Positions 28,001 through 36,431 of a stretch of 60,979 bases of DNA are shown here, in pieces; the stretch's first letter is position 1; each line of letters opens with the position of its first letter. Below the pieces are notes generated by a model. The model was not told the DNA's origin and ran no database searches. It saw only the letters and a list, made by a program, of their open reading frames with translations. Source of the stretch: a virus. Taxonomy: Duplodnaviria; Caudoviricetes. Made by a program: the position numbers and the translations under genes. The DNA lies in the IMG/VR virus record IMGVR_UViG_3300042301_000931, positions 1 through 60,979 of that record. One strand, given 5' to 3'.

Positions 28001-28775
28001 TAGCGCCGTAGGCTTGCTCAACTGCGTAAGTACCTAAGTCTTGCGCGACCTCAGTTGCAGGCTGGACTGCAGCGTTGATAGCCATGCTCTTGGCAAATGG
28101 TTTAAGAACTGCGGTATCAGTCATACCCGCAAGTACGCCACCAGTCGTCTTACTACCAGCTCCAAAAACGGGCGCAATACCCTGCAAGGCTTTTCCACCA
28201 ACGAACGTAGCGGCAGCCTCACCTAGACCTTGAACAACTCCCACCCGACGAGCGGCAGCGGTAGCAGCTTCTTTGTCACCAGTTTGTTCTAGAATCTTTT
28301 CGTATGTATCTTGCGCACTCGACAGGCCAAACAAGGGGGCAGCTATGCCTGCCGAAAGTGCTGGCCCTACTCCGGGAACGGCGCTAGCAGCGAGTAATGG
28401 AACAGCTGCACCAACACCACGAGCGCCTTTAACGGCGATTTCACCGCCTAACCCACGACCACGTAAATCTGGCTCATAACCTATACCGCGTGCTTCTGCA
28501 CGGGAAACCAATCCCCTAGCATCAATACCAGCTTGGCTAGTTTCCGGTACGACATACTGCACTGCCTTACCAAACATTCTTGGAAGATCAGAAACCAAAC
28601 CGCCAGCAAACTGCCTAGCAGATTCGGCCAGAGTGCCGCGAGGCGCAATCCCTAGTAAGTCGGAAATTTCCCCGGTCGAAGTCCGAGTCATTTTCGATAT
28701 CTGACCAATAAGCTCCGCGTCGCTGGTGTCCTTGAACTCGGGGAATGCTTGACGAATCTTGTTTAAATCGGCCAT
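22002..28775 (-). CDS. Large polyvalent internal virion/ejection protein with HExxH and ADP-ribosyltransferase-like domains
   Basis: 2257 aa at the end of the structural operon; LHEALH; FKRWFGDSKVV...VVYHGT...GIYTT...GYDGI...EVVAF; LPD38-like C-terminus (NVDPFTGKPIY). Confidence 0.8.
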   Translation of the reverse strand: MADLNKIRQAFPEFKDTSDAELIGQISKMTRTSTGEISDLLGIAPRGTLAESARQFAGGLVSDLPRMFGKAVQYVVPETSQAGIDARGLVSRAEARGIGYEPDLRGRGLGGEIAVKGARGVGAAVPLLAASAVPGVGPALSAGIAAPLFGLSSAQDTYEKILEQTGDKEAATAAARRVGVVQGLGEAAATFVGGKALQGIAPVFGAGSKTTGGVLAGMTDTAVLKPFAKSMAINAAVQPATEVAQDLGTYAVEQAYGAKAEDPYAIARESAIGGLGMSLWLGPLSLGGHRARAKKAEQFSLAYNEAMYGENATPESRSAALQAVVSEAKRQGVKVDDAEQWMQRQLREEAGVLDDLKKREDAVVEAGKESPLADISYALTDPELADKISDTDRQSLIGLLDTVRLGNLPPAAEEAVITQAQGIIGRYMVAEQDQNAEVNLLQTTGLQTTPALFAPTPVEEIDLAGGLTQVQTNLPADTSAYAPDMNVGREMPRTQQPAPVEGAAGISTVAPGVFEVAQPLQQVETTPAATAAPAATPVADTTAQTTAAPTAFAPTSTKTSTQGLTTNTYTATDAQDSPVTVNVTRGVTGRVTRAEVVRTDSNGKVTEKRTLTNFGQSALTPTDAAFLQATLPDFKFGAPAPVSPLAEQAAPSPSAPPAGGIFPATTTATQNGAQTTQAKQTETQGQKPATAAAVTAEADTGPKNVSEAIKEDNKNDAILKAIEAENEKTDNLFADVTGDKKKAPGKPSMPSQVYAAIRNAVLNPKGAIMVRKAKSVDKDVAATEKYGAKVKQIADAVIDLANAYETYTKQNLVRSGETIKRGVTGDEVMDARATELKANANAVRAALAKLGEAVDGNAKDVEAIVRFIKDRAQNEQKGNVEAGKTDIRVSRAWAAAKSEAFIGEPDLLATSSNEVRQSKEGTARGAVPQLVTAVTEGYQVLGKGEKQTGLNGILNYIRTNGTPFEKTLAQAIKLAVKGKAPITIKFVKEGKSQYDPKTNTITINETSSKEVALHEALHGALQWFVYTNPNAAQVVALKAALQRVVNFDTAKLTPKAAEVQAVLKKVLAGKSKTAELDAVLELISYGNTLNDFRRALQGMESNAPRTFVKFTNDVMEAIYALVRRMLGVKQSVASDVIENTLQLLEAAREATQEAAPKKGNVLQAAVDTTTDAFKRWFGDSKVVGEDGKPLVVYHGTLGNYDTFKLSPEGALGAGIYTTPSAEFAGTYADTSNLSRADAAKDEASGQNIMPLYVSIKNPIILEQGRGDPMVAALVKLGMDQGKAEALVEKAYEEKGYVGKQVMTRAMAQGYDGILQYGRDGKLSEVVAFKPTQVKSATGNSGAFDPTSGNILKADVQSEIPNPAQQSDQMNLEKYKDTPGWSVNLTRSFLEQVGFGEGGKVDKTMRGWMDKAADKIVTEFPGVTSTLRKVSSSFGLNTEYTQAASVSKQEKQGGLVEAESLMQRLYRSPADAVRVFSYLNGDNNALQETGRDAVLRDTADSIKEHIDSYIETLAPKDKRMFEGLKFTDKLLKPEGLADLAKKSFGMHSVSAIFRPEDRVDPNIDDFKNLLPMTNGVIDSDKPLFQTFETLGGQRLPNGFISEEKANDHPELDIDRSRVWYFDGKKNGPNGGFKFRTRNISGANLIDVAKRMGDPNLSTQEKEEAAQQISSAMLTTIAALSHNSATKNLFASMEPMGRNEDKSATESTVVFNSVDEINSVFPNRKLTEKNLLQAAADESDIDTIRKEAQRGDVWVKLPDTAHYGPLRGKIISGGVWSNLLDMHERQPILRSRILNETMAAFKKNKTVFSPATHANNILTNYSLMLLHGISHKAIGDAANLLVRYEANPGSLTEDQRALMKAFYKSGAVLGNFTNAETKTYLAQKLAQNITQKNDRSLLTKLSAWAGYEQEFSKYASKLARGAKLTDSAFSEVYAAGDNVFRLAAFLNVAGNLQAKNDGVLGDAQLKEAGLAARKMFLDYDIDSRAVKFARQTALPFISWSYAITPVLGRLAITKPWTMINMMAALYAMGMMGDDDEWRKTGPKAVRERSLWGMGPYKMIRIPFMGDDENPMYYNIGKSIPMMSLFEPAQGNAKLGGFDWIPGVLQPSGPYVTLLANTLLNVDPFTGKPIYNETDDNLDKAMKSGKAVWDTFAPAPLTFRTGGQVMDWAQDKEGPTGKPNDGLVFARLFGLSVYQYNEDETKYYQDAEVKKIKSEFKKVMNQAKRDEYSKGYPDYDALDAKLEKLSEGLEKRIAEIRGDE

Positions 28776-28787
28776 GTCTGCTACCTA

Positions 28788-30362
28788 TTAATCTATTTCG
28801 GAGTCTACAGCATTACCCGCTTGAGCAGCTTTCATCAGCCGAATTATTCTATCAGCTGGGTCTTCTCCAGAAGCTGCGTTTTGCTTAGCTAACCCTACCC
28901 GTGCTTTAGCAGCGGCCTCTTCAAAAGTAATAGGTACTTTTTTGCCGTCGACCATTTTCTTGTTCTGTTTAGGGTCTTCCATAATCTTAGCCGCCGCACT
29001 AGCGACGTCTTTGTAGGACGGTTCGGTTTGAGCAGTAACAGGTACTAGACCTTTAGGTGTCTGTACAACACCATTTTTGTCAACTGGCAGCTTGGTTACA
29101 TCTACAAGAACAGCATTACCTTCACGGTCTTTGTACTGTTTTAGTGTTTGTGGGCTAGGCTGGTTTAACCTTTGCTCTTCGCGCTGACCGCGTTTAATTT
29201 GCTCAATTTTATTTGACTGCGCAGTGTCTTCATTAACCACAACATTGCGTTCTTGCAAATCAAGACCGCGGCTTCTTTGATTTGATTCTTTAATAGCAAG
29301 ATTGTTTGAGAACGACTGCTGAATATACTTCATTGCTTTGTCTGAATCGCCATATGACGCAATACCTTCAAGCAACTGTTGACGGGTAATGGTAGTGGTA
29401 GGCAGTTTATTACCAGACAAGTCTGTATGGCTAACTTTCAAAGTGCCGTCTTTACCGGGTTCTACGCCGGTGGCTATAGACCCATTCGGTAGATATTTAT
29501 TGTAAAAATTCATACCGACTTTGTAGTCGCCCTTTAACACAGCGTCAAAAGCAACTTGACTTTCTCGTTTGCGGTCTTTTTCTTCTTTAAGAATTTGTGC
29601 TTCTGCACGGCTCATAAATGCATCGTACGCTTGACCACCTTTTTCGTAATTACCCGTTTGGTAATAACTGGCAGCATCGCGTTGTGATGCGGCTAAAAAG
29701 TCTTCGGGTTTTGGGGCACGGCGCTCGCCAGTTGCAGGGTCGGTAGTTTGTTTAACCCACCAGTCAGCGTTTGCTTTTTGGCGTGTTTCTTCATCTTCAC
29801 GTAGTTTTTTCCGACTACGCTGTTCATCGATCGTAAGGTTAGCGGCTGTTTGTTGTGTTTCAAATCCTTGCGCTGTACGTAGTTCCGTCGCTTTTGCACG
29901 AAGTTCTGCATCTTGTGCACGCTCTTCACCAGTTACAGCAAGCAAAGCTTGTTGGCGACGTGCAGGGTCAGTCATGGCGTTAGCCATAGCACGGGTACGT
30001 ATTGTTTCCATACGCTCAGGTGTCAAACCGCCTTCGTAGCGCTGCCCGAGATACTCAGTCATTCTCTGGGGGGCTACGTCAATATATGCGCCAGCAGGGG
30101 CGGGCATATCGCCTTGAAGGTCAAGTCCTTGCTTTGGTGTATAACGCAACGTCGGTGCGGTACCTTCCGCACCGGGAATCGCCTGCACGTCATAAGCACC
30201 AGAGCCCTGCAACCCCTGAATCTGCTGAGTACCCGAGGTACCGTAATCTTGTATCTCATTAGCAGTAGCACCTTGGATTTTCTCCATGGCACGGCGTTCT
30301 TGGCCTTCTTTAAAGGCTCGACCTAGCTGAAGACCCGCTTGTAAACCTGATGCCCATCCCAT
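28788..30362 (-). CDS. Probable ejection/internal virion protein
   Basis: GGAGG RBS before MGWASGLQAGLQLG; Q/E/R/A-rich; lies between the pilot-like and giant ejection genes. Confidence 0.7.
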   Translation of the reverse strand: MGWASGLQAGLQLGRAFKEGQERRAMEKIQGATANEIQDYGTSGTQQIQGLQGSGAYDVQAIPGAEGTAPTLRYTPKQGLDLQGDMPAPAGAYIDVAPQRMTEYLGQRYEGGLTPERMETIRTRAMANAMTDPARRQQALLAVTGEERAQDAELRAKATELRTAQGFETQQTAANLTIDEQRSRKKLREDEETRQKANADWWVKQTTDPATGERRAPKPEDFLAASQRDAASYYQTGNYEKGGQAYDAFMSRAEAQILKEEKDRKRESQVAFDAVLKGDYKVGMNFYNKYLPNGSIATGVEPGKDGTLKVSHTDLSGNKLPTTTITRQQLLEGIASYGDSDKAMKYIQQSFSNNLAIKESNQRSRGLDLQERNVVVNEDTAQSNKIEQIKRGQREEQRLNQPSPQTLKQYKDREGNAVLVDVTKLPVDKNGVVQTPKGLVPVTAQTEPSYKDVASAAAKIMEDPKQNKKMVDGKKVPITFEEAAAKARVGLAKQNAASGEDPADRIIRLMKAAQAGNAVDSEID

Positions 30363-30363
30363 A

Positions 30364-31371
30364 TCAAACCTCCAACATTTCGATGCCGAGACCGGCGTAG
30401 TTAACTGCTTTGTAGCCGTCAGGCATTGTGAACACCATAGCTGGGAATTTCTTCTCAACGTCGTCGGCCATTACACCCAAGAAACGCTTGCCGGTTCCAC
30501 CGATGTACTCAAACTCATAGAGCGGCAACATGGTGCGCTCGTCACGGCCAACTTCCTCAATGTTCTCTTTAAGGCGACGGTCAGAGTAGTACGCAGCGCC
30601 TGCACCAAGAATAGAACCGAACATTTCACCCTTAGCTTGGACGCCAGTGTTGTATGCGCTTGTCTGCGAGTTGAGGATGTTGCCTTGGCCTGTGAGACCC
30701 ATCTGAGCTCCGGCCAGAGAATAGCCAGCACCTTGGCCAAATGCAGCGCTACGTTGATTACCAGCAGACATGGCAGAAGTGAGACCCGCAGAACCGGCAC
30801 CAGAAGCGCCACCGTAAGCACCAAGTGAAGCACCCGCAAGCCCACGACCTAGGCCAGTCACATCCAGACTACGAGCGAAGCCAGTTTGTTCAGCTTGACG
30901 ACGAGCGTTAGTAGCGGCACCTGCGGTCATACCTGCAAGGCCAAGAGCGTTTTGGTTTCTCATCATTAAGGCAGCACCAGATGAGGCGTTAATACCACGG
31001 CGAGCCATCTCACGATTGTTAACACCTTGCGCAGACTGGAATGCGTTTGCCGCATCGGCTGCGGCTTGGGCAGCGATTTGCTGCCTGTTTCCCTCGGTGT
31101 TGTAGTTCTGGGCCTGCGCTACTAGTCCTCTTTCCAATGGTCGGAACGTTTCTCTTTGGTAGTCGTAGTAGTCTCGCCCCTGTCGCATCAACTCGTCCTG
31201 AGCAGCAATTTGCTGGTTAGCGACCCGTTCAGCCAGAGGTTTCATTTCCTCGTACTGACGCTGTGCGAAGTCCATTTGACGATTTCCAAGACGCTCTGCA
31301 GTAGCAATACCACGTTCCGTGGCAGCGGCCATAGCCGAATAGTCTGGTGGTGCTGACGATTTTCCGCCCAT
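30364..31371 (-). CDS. Pilot/ejection-like protein with a C-terminal peptidase S74-like chaperone domain
   Basis: MGGKSSAPP start; Gly/Ala-rich body; YSDRRLKENI...GVMADDV...VNY. Confidence 0.75.
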   Translation of the reverse strand: MGGKSSAPPDYSAMAAATERGIATAERLGNRQMDFAQRQYEEMKPLAERVANQQIAAQDELMRQGRDYYDYQRETFRPLERGLVAQAQNYNTEGNRQQIAAQAAADAANAFQSAQGVNNREMARRGINASSGAALMMRNQNALGLAGMTAGAATNARRQAEQTGFARSLDVTGLGRGLAGASLGAYGGASGAGSAGLTSAMSAGNQRSAAFGQGAGYSLAGAQMGLTGQGNILNSQTSAYNTGVQAKGEMFGSILGAGAAYYSDRRLKENIEEVGRDERTMLPLYEFEYIGGTGKRFLGVMADDVEKKFPAMVFTMPDGYKAVNYAGLGIEMLEV

Positions 31372-31373
31372 AT

Positions 31374-31790
31374 TTACTCCTTGCGCAGCCAACGACAGGT
31401 GTCAGGCCGCATTACCAAAATCTGCATGTCAGCGCCGGGAGCGCCGTCTTTCATTACGAACTCTTCCTCAAACCCTAGATGCTTATCGAATTCTATGATA
31501 TGCGGTTCATTTGTGGGCACCATACCAGTGAGTCTTTTTAACTGGCAGTGGTTAAATGCGTAGTTGCACACATGCTCGAAGAGGGGGATGATCTGCTTCG
31601 TCTGCCGTGCGATGGCTATATGACACGTAGCGTTGGAACCATTGTAGTTGTTTATGACTACTCCGGCTAGAACCTCGTCTCCTTGCATGACACCAAGCGC
31701 ATAGAAACTTCCCCAGTCTGCGGCTTGACCGACACGCTCAGCAACCCAAGCGCCAATACGATCCTTCTGGTCAAAGACAAGTTCTGCCAT
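31374..31790 (-). CDS. GNAT-fold acetyltransferase-like protein in the virion operon
   Basis: AGVV...YAFN...RLTGMV...N...HLGFEEE. Confidence 0.7.
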   Translation of the reverse strand: MAELVFDQKDRIGAWVAERVGQAADWGSFYALGVMQGDEVLAGVVINNYNGSNATCHIAIARQTKQIIPLFEHVCNYAFNHCQLKRLTGMVPTNEPHIIEFDKHLGFEEEFVMKDGAPGADMQILVMRPDTCRWLRKE

Positions 31791-31804
31791 GTGCGTATTA
31801 TGTC

Positions 31805-32236
31805 TTATTGCGGTGGAGTTGGCCAAGTGATTTCTGTAGGATAACCTGCCTGCGCAGTAATGTCACGCAACTCTTGGCGGTAGGTTGCCCAAGCTGTCTT
31901 GGTAGAGATCGGAACATCGGGTAACTGAGTCCAGTCACTGGCAACTAATTTAGCCTTGCGTTCCATGAGCGCTTCCCTTGTTTGCTGCTGTAGTTCCTTT
32001 TGTGCAATGGCTGCAGTCTGTGCGGCTTCTAACGCGGCTTGGTCTGGATTTGCTTCCCAGCACAGCGTGGTTGTGTTCCAGATGTCAAACTCAGAGGCTT
32101 TGGTTGTGTAGTTCTCAGGGGGTTCGCCATTTCGCAGATACCAACCAGAGGCGTCAACACCCTCTACCATGCGCTCAGAACTAAAGCCTTTACTTACAAG
32201 CGGCCCGTTTTCGCCATCCGTGTAATAGTAGTACAT
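31805..32236 (-). CDS. Tail fibre assembly chaperone
   Basis: R.KL.ASDWTQLPD...WATYRQELRDI...YP...WPTPP signature. Confidence 0.85.
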   Translation of the reverse strand: MYYYYTDGENGPLVSKGFSSERMVEGVDASGWYLRNGEPPENYTTKASEFDIWNTTTLCWEANPDQAALEAAQTAAIAQKELQQQTREALMERKAKLVASDWTQLPDVPISTKTAWATYRQELRDITAQAGYPTEITWPTPPQ

Positions 32237-32237
32237 C

Positions 32238-35200
32238 TTATTTCCTAATGATTTCCACGCCGAGCCAAGCGTTGACGTTTGGATTAGTACTGCTGTCAAA
32301 TCTTGTAGCCAGCACCCGGGCGTATTTATACACGCTGGTCACGTAGTTGGGGCGACGTACTGTCCACAGAGCCCCCTCAGTGCTATTTGCAATTTCAGTA
32401 GCAGTGTTTACAAAGTAAGCTGCAAAACCCTCTAGACCTCCGGTATCGGTACAAGTCACATTCAGAGTTGCGATTTGATTAGGGCCGTTAGTTGTATACG
32501 TCAACACATTGGGCGTAGTGTATGACCAAGCGAAATATGATAGATTAACTATACCTGACTGTGGTGTGCCAAAATTTCCAGAACTAAGAATGTCGTCCGC
32601 ACAATAATACAGCCTATAGGTTCCAGCATTAGGAATCAAAAACACGAACTGCATGGTTACAGTTCCGCCAAAGTTATTTGCTGGCCATACAGACAGTTCG
32701 GTTAGAAGTGCTCGCGTTCTATCACCTGTGCCCCACCAGTAACCTCTTGTTGGCGCTCCATACGTAACAGGCGCTAATCGAATGGGATAACCATTTGTGG
32801 TTACGACCCCAGCAGGTTGTAGGAATGGATTCTCAGGATCGGGGGATTGATATGAAGCTGTTTCACCAATCGTAGTCCATGTCACGGCGTCTGTACTGAT
32901 CTGCAGTTTGGAGTTCCCTAGTTGCGTTACACTAGCAGAACCGGGCGATGTAGGCTGCACATACAATTTAAGTAACGCTGCATCCTGTGCGGCGGCACTA
33001 AAGTCTACAAAACCAATTTGTCGTTCACCCATTGCAGAAGAAGGCCACGTATTTTCTAGCTCAACGATGGATGTAAACGTAATAGCGCCGCCAACAATCT
33101 GCAACCTGCCAACAGCCAACTCAGCGATCTTTGCGCTACCAATAGAAGCCGCAGGAACTTCGATGTCACCGCGGGCAACAATGTTCTGGAACACAGCTTT
33201 ACCAGAAGCGCCATTACCTTTGGCTACCGCCCAGCCCACAGTACCGTTATCAGTGATGTTGCCATTACCATCGATCGTGCCGTTGAAGTCCGAAGACGCA
33301 ATGAAGTTACCGATCTTGGCGTTTGAAACTGCGGCAGTACCGATCTTTGCATTTGTGATGGAGGCATCAGCAATATACGCTTCGCCAATGGCTGCACTAG
33401 CAATATAGGTGCTAATGTTGGCTGACGTAATCGAGCTTAAAAAAGCAAAGTTTCCAAACGATGGGATGTTTGTGATCTGGGTGCTCCAGTTAACACTGCT
33501 TGCCGTAGCCAATGTCCCAAGACCAGTAACGCTAGAAGCAGCAACTGTGTTTGCAGTAGCCAACGTACCGAGACCTGTGACATTCGAAGCAGCAACTGAG
33601 TTTGCAGTAGCCAGAGTACCAAGACCCGTAACGCTTGAAGCAGCCACTGTGTTTGCAGTAGCCAACGTGCCGAGGCCAGTAATGTTAGCTGTACTAAGCG
33701 GTGTACCAGCTGCAAAGATGACATTCCCTGCGGAGTCTTTAATACTCAGCCCACGGGTGTCAATCTGAGACGCAGTTAACTGGCCACGGATGGATGCAGC
33801 ACCAAACTCCGCAGAGCCGCCACCGTCGATCTTCCAGCCAGCAGAACCGGCAACATAGTTCGAAGACTGAATGTATTGGCCAACGTTGATTGAACCAGCG
33901 ATGATTTTATCTGCGGTGATGCTAGCGATCTTTGCACTGTCGACTGCGAGGTTGGCAATCTTGGCGTTAGTGATCGTGCCGTTCTGGATGTAGCCATCAG
34001 TGATATACACACCAACAGGAACCTCAACACCACCAATATTTACAGGCGTTGTCCGGACAATAAATGGCATTGTGGGTGCAACACCCGGGCCGGTAGGGCT
34101 TGCAATGTAGAACGCATCTGAGCGAACGGCAAACGTACTAGTTGTAGGGCCTGCGGTATTGCCAGCAGAAGAAAGACCAAAGCCTGAGACATAGCCGTTA
34201 ACGTCTGTCTTGACTGTGTACTGTGCTGTTTGACCATTAGGGCCAGCCGTTGTAGTTGCAAGTACTTGCAGTGCAGCGCTAACAGAGTCAACGTCGGTTA
34301 CGTCATATAGGGTAAACCCTTGGATATCCCAGTACCCAGCGCCACCGCTGTAGTTGTCTAAGAACTCTGGCTGAAAGTAAGTAGCACCGGATTGCCAATC
34401 GGAGGCAGTCCACAAATAGTTGTACTCGCCCCACGTATCACCGTATGTGGAGAGGTGCGTAGCACGGGAAATGCCGCTTGGCTTATAGGGGCTACGACCG
34501 CCGTTAACGGGGCCGGGGGAACCTGCGTTGTTATTAGTAAACTGGCGCAGGCTGAAATACAAAACACCAGCGGCGTCGGAAGAAGGACGAGCCCAGAAAC
34601 GAACTCTATATTTCTTAGCCGTGTTAATTGGGACGAAGTTGCCTTGGTTTGGATATGCGCCCCCAATGCCGGCAAGACGAAGGGCAATAGTACCGGCTAC
34701 ACCACCAGTGACTGAAACGATTGACTGGCCGTTAAGCGTCCACTGCTCAAGCGGCAGGAAAAGCGAAATGCCTCTGAACTGAGACCGCAGCGTAGTAGAC
34801 GCAGAGCTAATGGCACCATCAGTATCTGTCTTGGTGTAGTAGTTGTTTGTCAGTGTCGCAGTTGTTGGGTAGTTCGCCAGCGTGTTAGACGATACCAAAT
34901 TCAACGTAGCGTTTGAAATTGCCGTGTTAGCGTCGGTCTTTGTGTAGTAGTTTGTGGTCAGCGTAGCGGTAGTAGGGTAACTACCTAGAGCAGTATTCAG
35001 CGCAGACGTCGATACAAGGTTGGTTGTTGCATTGCTGATCGCCGTATTGGCTTCAGTTTTGGTGTAGTAGTTTGTGCTCAGCGTTGCCGAACTTGTGTAG
35101 TTGCTAAGCGCGTTATTAAGCCCCGTAGTCGAAACTAAGTCTTGTGTCGCTTGGCTAATCGCACTATTAGTGTCAGTCTTGGTGTAGTAGTTGTTGGTTA

Positions 35201-36431
35201 GCGTTGCGGTAGTTGGGTACGAGTTAAGGGCGTTTGTTAGGCCAGTTGTAGAAACGAGGTACTGCGTAGCTGAGCTAATTGCAGAGTTGGTATCGGCCTT
35301 GGTGTAGTAGTCATTTACAAGCGCAGCAGTCGTTGGGTAATTGCCAAGCGCGTTGTTTAGCGCAGATGTAGAAACCAAGGTTGTGGTTGCAGCACTAATC
35401 GCTTCATCCGCTGCGGCCTTGGTGTAGTAGTTAGTTGTCAGCGTTGAACGGGTAGCCGCCAGACCCGTAATAGGATCACTGAAAGCCGCGCTTAGTGTCT
35501 GACGAGCAGTTACTTCCGCGCCAAGATCAGTGACCACGTTTCCGATTTGAGTCGTATGCGCAGCAACAATCCCTCCAAGAGAAGCGTATTCACCAACCTT
35601 CAACCAGTATGTTGTATTGGTAGGTAAGTTACCAGTTGTCGCTGACTTGGCTTGATAGATACTGCCTTCGTAAGAAACCAATGTATTGGCCGCATAAGTC
35701 GTTGTATTCGAGTACGTTGGTGTATTCTGAATGTCGTTAACCTGCGACTGCACAGCGGCCACACGGGCATTAACTGAGCCCGGATAGGTAGCGGGCGCAT
35801 CGATTAATGCAATCTTAGACCCAAGATCAGCGTACAACTGTTGGGTGGTTAGCTGACCGGTAAGAGCCTCCAGTAGCTTCGCTACGTCTTGGCCGGTAGT
35901 GACAACGAGTCCGTTGGTTCCGCCAGCAGGGCTAGCACTGAGAACGCCATCATTAGATTCCCATTTGATCCACAGATGCCACTCGGTAGCTGGGTCTGTA
36001 GCGTAAGACGTGACCTGCCCAGCGAATTGAGTAATCTCAACAGCGTTAGCAAAGACGGGCTGAGGGGCGGTACCTGCACGTTTAGCACCATAAATCCGAG
36101 ACAGACGATGCCCGTGCCCTTGTGTGTAAATAGGCGGGCCGCACTCAATAATGACGTTGGTAATCGCGGCAGACGCAGCAAAACCAACAGGCGTAGGCGG
36201 GGGAGTAAGGTCTGCTACATATGTGTCAGTAACAGACGGGCCAGCAATAAGTGGAGCAGAGCCGCCACCAAATTTAAAATTGCTAACGGATGCAAAGCCT
36301 GAATCAACCAAGTCGCGAAGCGTCACACCACGGTCAAGCGGGTCGCCCTGCTTACCCAAATAGGTCATCAAGGTTTCGCGGACACGAGCGCCAAAGTTAC
36401 TGGCGCTGTCACTTGGAATGTCGTTTCTCAT
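32238..36431 (-). CDS. Tail fibre/tail tip protein (1397 aa) with internal repeats
   Basis: YTVKTDVNGYVSGFGL and YIQNGTITNAKI segments typical of J-like/DUF1983 tip proteins; ~40-aa and 17-aa tandem repeats; chaperone gene follows. Confidence 0.8.
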   Translation of the reverse strand: MRNDIPSDSASNFGARVRETLMTYLGKQGDPLDRGVTLRDLVDSGFASVSNFKFGGGSAPLIAGPSVTDTYVADLTPPPTPVGFAASAAITNVIIECGPPIYTQGHGHRLSRIYGAKRAGTAPQPVFANAVEITQFAGQVTSYATDPATEWHLWIKWESNDGVLSASPAGGTNGLVVTTGQDVAKLLEALTGQLTTQQLYADLGSKIALIDAPATYPGSVNARVAAVQSQVNDIQNTPTYSNTTTYAANTLVSYEGSIYQAKSATTGNLPTNTTYWLKVGEYASLGGIVAAHTTQIGNVVTDLGAEVTARQTLSAAFSDPITGLAATRSTLTTNYYTKAAADEAISAATTTLVSTSALNNALGNYPTTAALVNDYYTKADTNSAISSATQYLVSTTGLTNALNSYPTTATLTNNYYTKTDTNSAISQATQDLVSTTGLNNALSNYTSSATLSTNYYTKTEANTAISNATTNLVSTSALNTALGSYPTTATLTTNYYTKTDANTAISNATLNLVSSNTLANYPTTATLTNNYYTKTDTDGAISSASTTLRSQFRGISLFLPLEQWTLNGQSIVSVTGGVAGTIALRLAGIGGAYPNQGNFVPINTAKKYRVRFWARPSSDAAGVLYFSLRQFTNNNAGSPGPVNGGRSPYKPSGISRATHLSTYGDTWGEYNYLWTASDWQSGATYFQPEFLDNYSGGAGYWDIQGFTLYDVTDVDSVSAALQVLATTTAGPNGQTAQYTVKTDVNGYVSGFGLSSAGNTAGPTTSTFAVRSDAFYIASPTGPGVAPTMPFIVRTTPVNIGGVEVPVGVYITDGYIQNGTITNAKIANLAVDSAKIASITADKIIAGSINVGQYIQSSNYVAGSAGWKIDGGGSAEFGAASIRGQLTASQIDTRGLSIKDSAGNVIFAAGTPLSTANITGLGTLATANTVAASSVTGLGTLATANSVAASNVTGLGTLATANTVAASSVTGLGTLATASSVNWSTQITNIPSFGNFAFLSSITSANISTYIASAAIGEAYIADASITNAKIGTAAVSNAKIGNFIASSDFNGTIDGNGNITDNGTVGWAVAKGNGASGKAVFQNIVARGDIEVPAASIGSAKIAELAVGRLQIVGGAITFTSIVELENTWPSSAMGERQIGFVDFSAAAQDAALLKLYVQPTSPGSASVTQLGNSKLQISTDAVTWTTIGETASYQSPDPENPFLQPAGVVTTNGYPIRLAPVTYGAPTRGYWWGTGDRTRALLTELSVWPANNFGGTVTMQFVFLIPNAGTYRLYYCADDILSSGNFGTPQSGIVNLSYFAWSYTTPNVLTYTTNGPNQIATLNVTCTDTGGLEGFAAYFVNTATEIANSTEGALWTVRRPNYVTSVYKYARVLATRFDSSTNPNVNAWLGVEIIRK

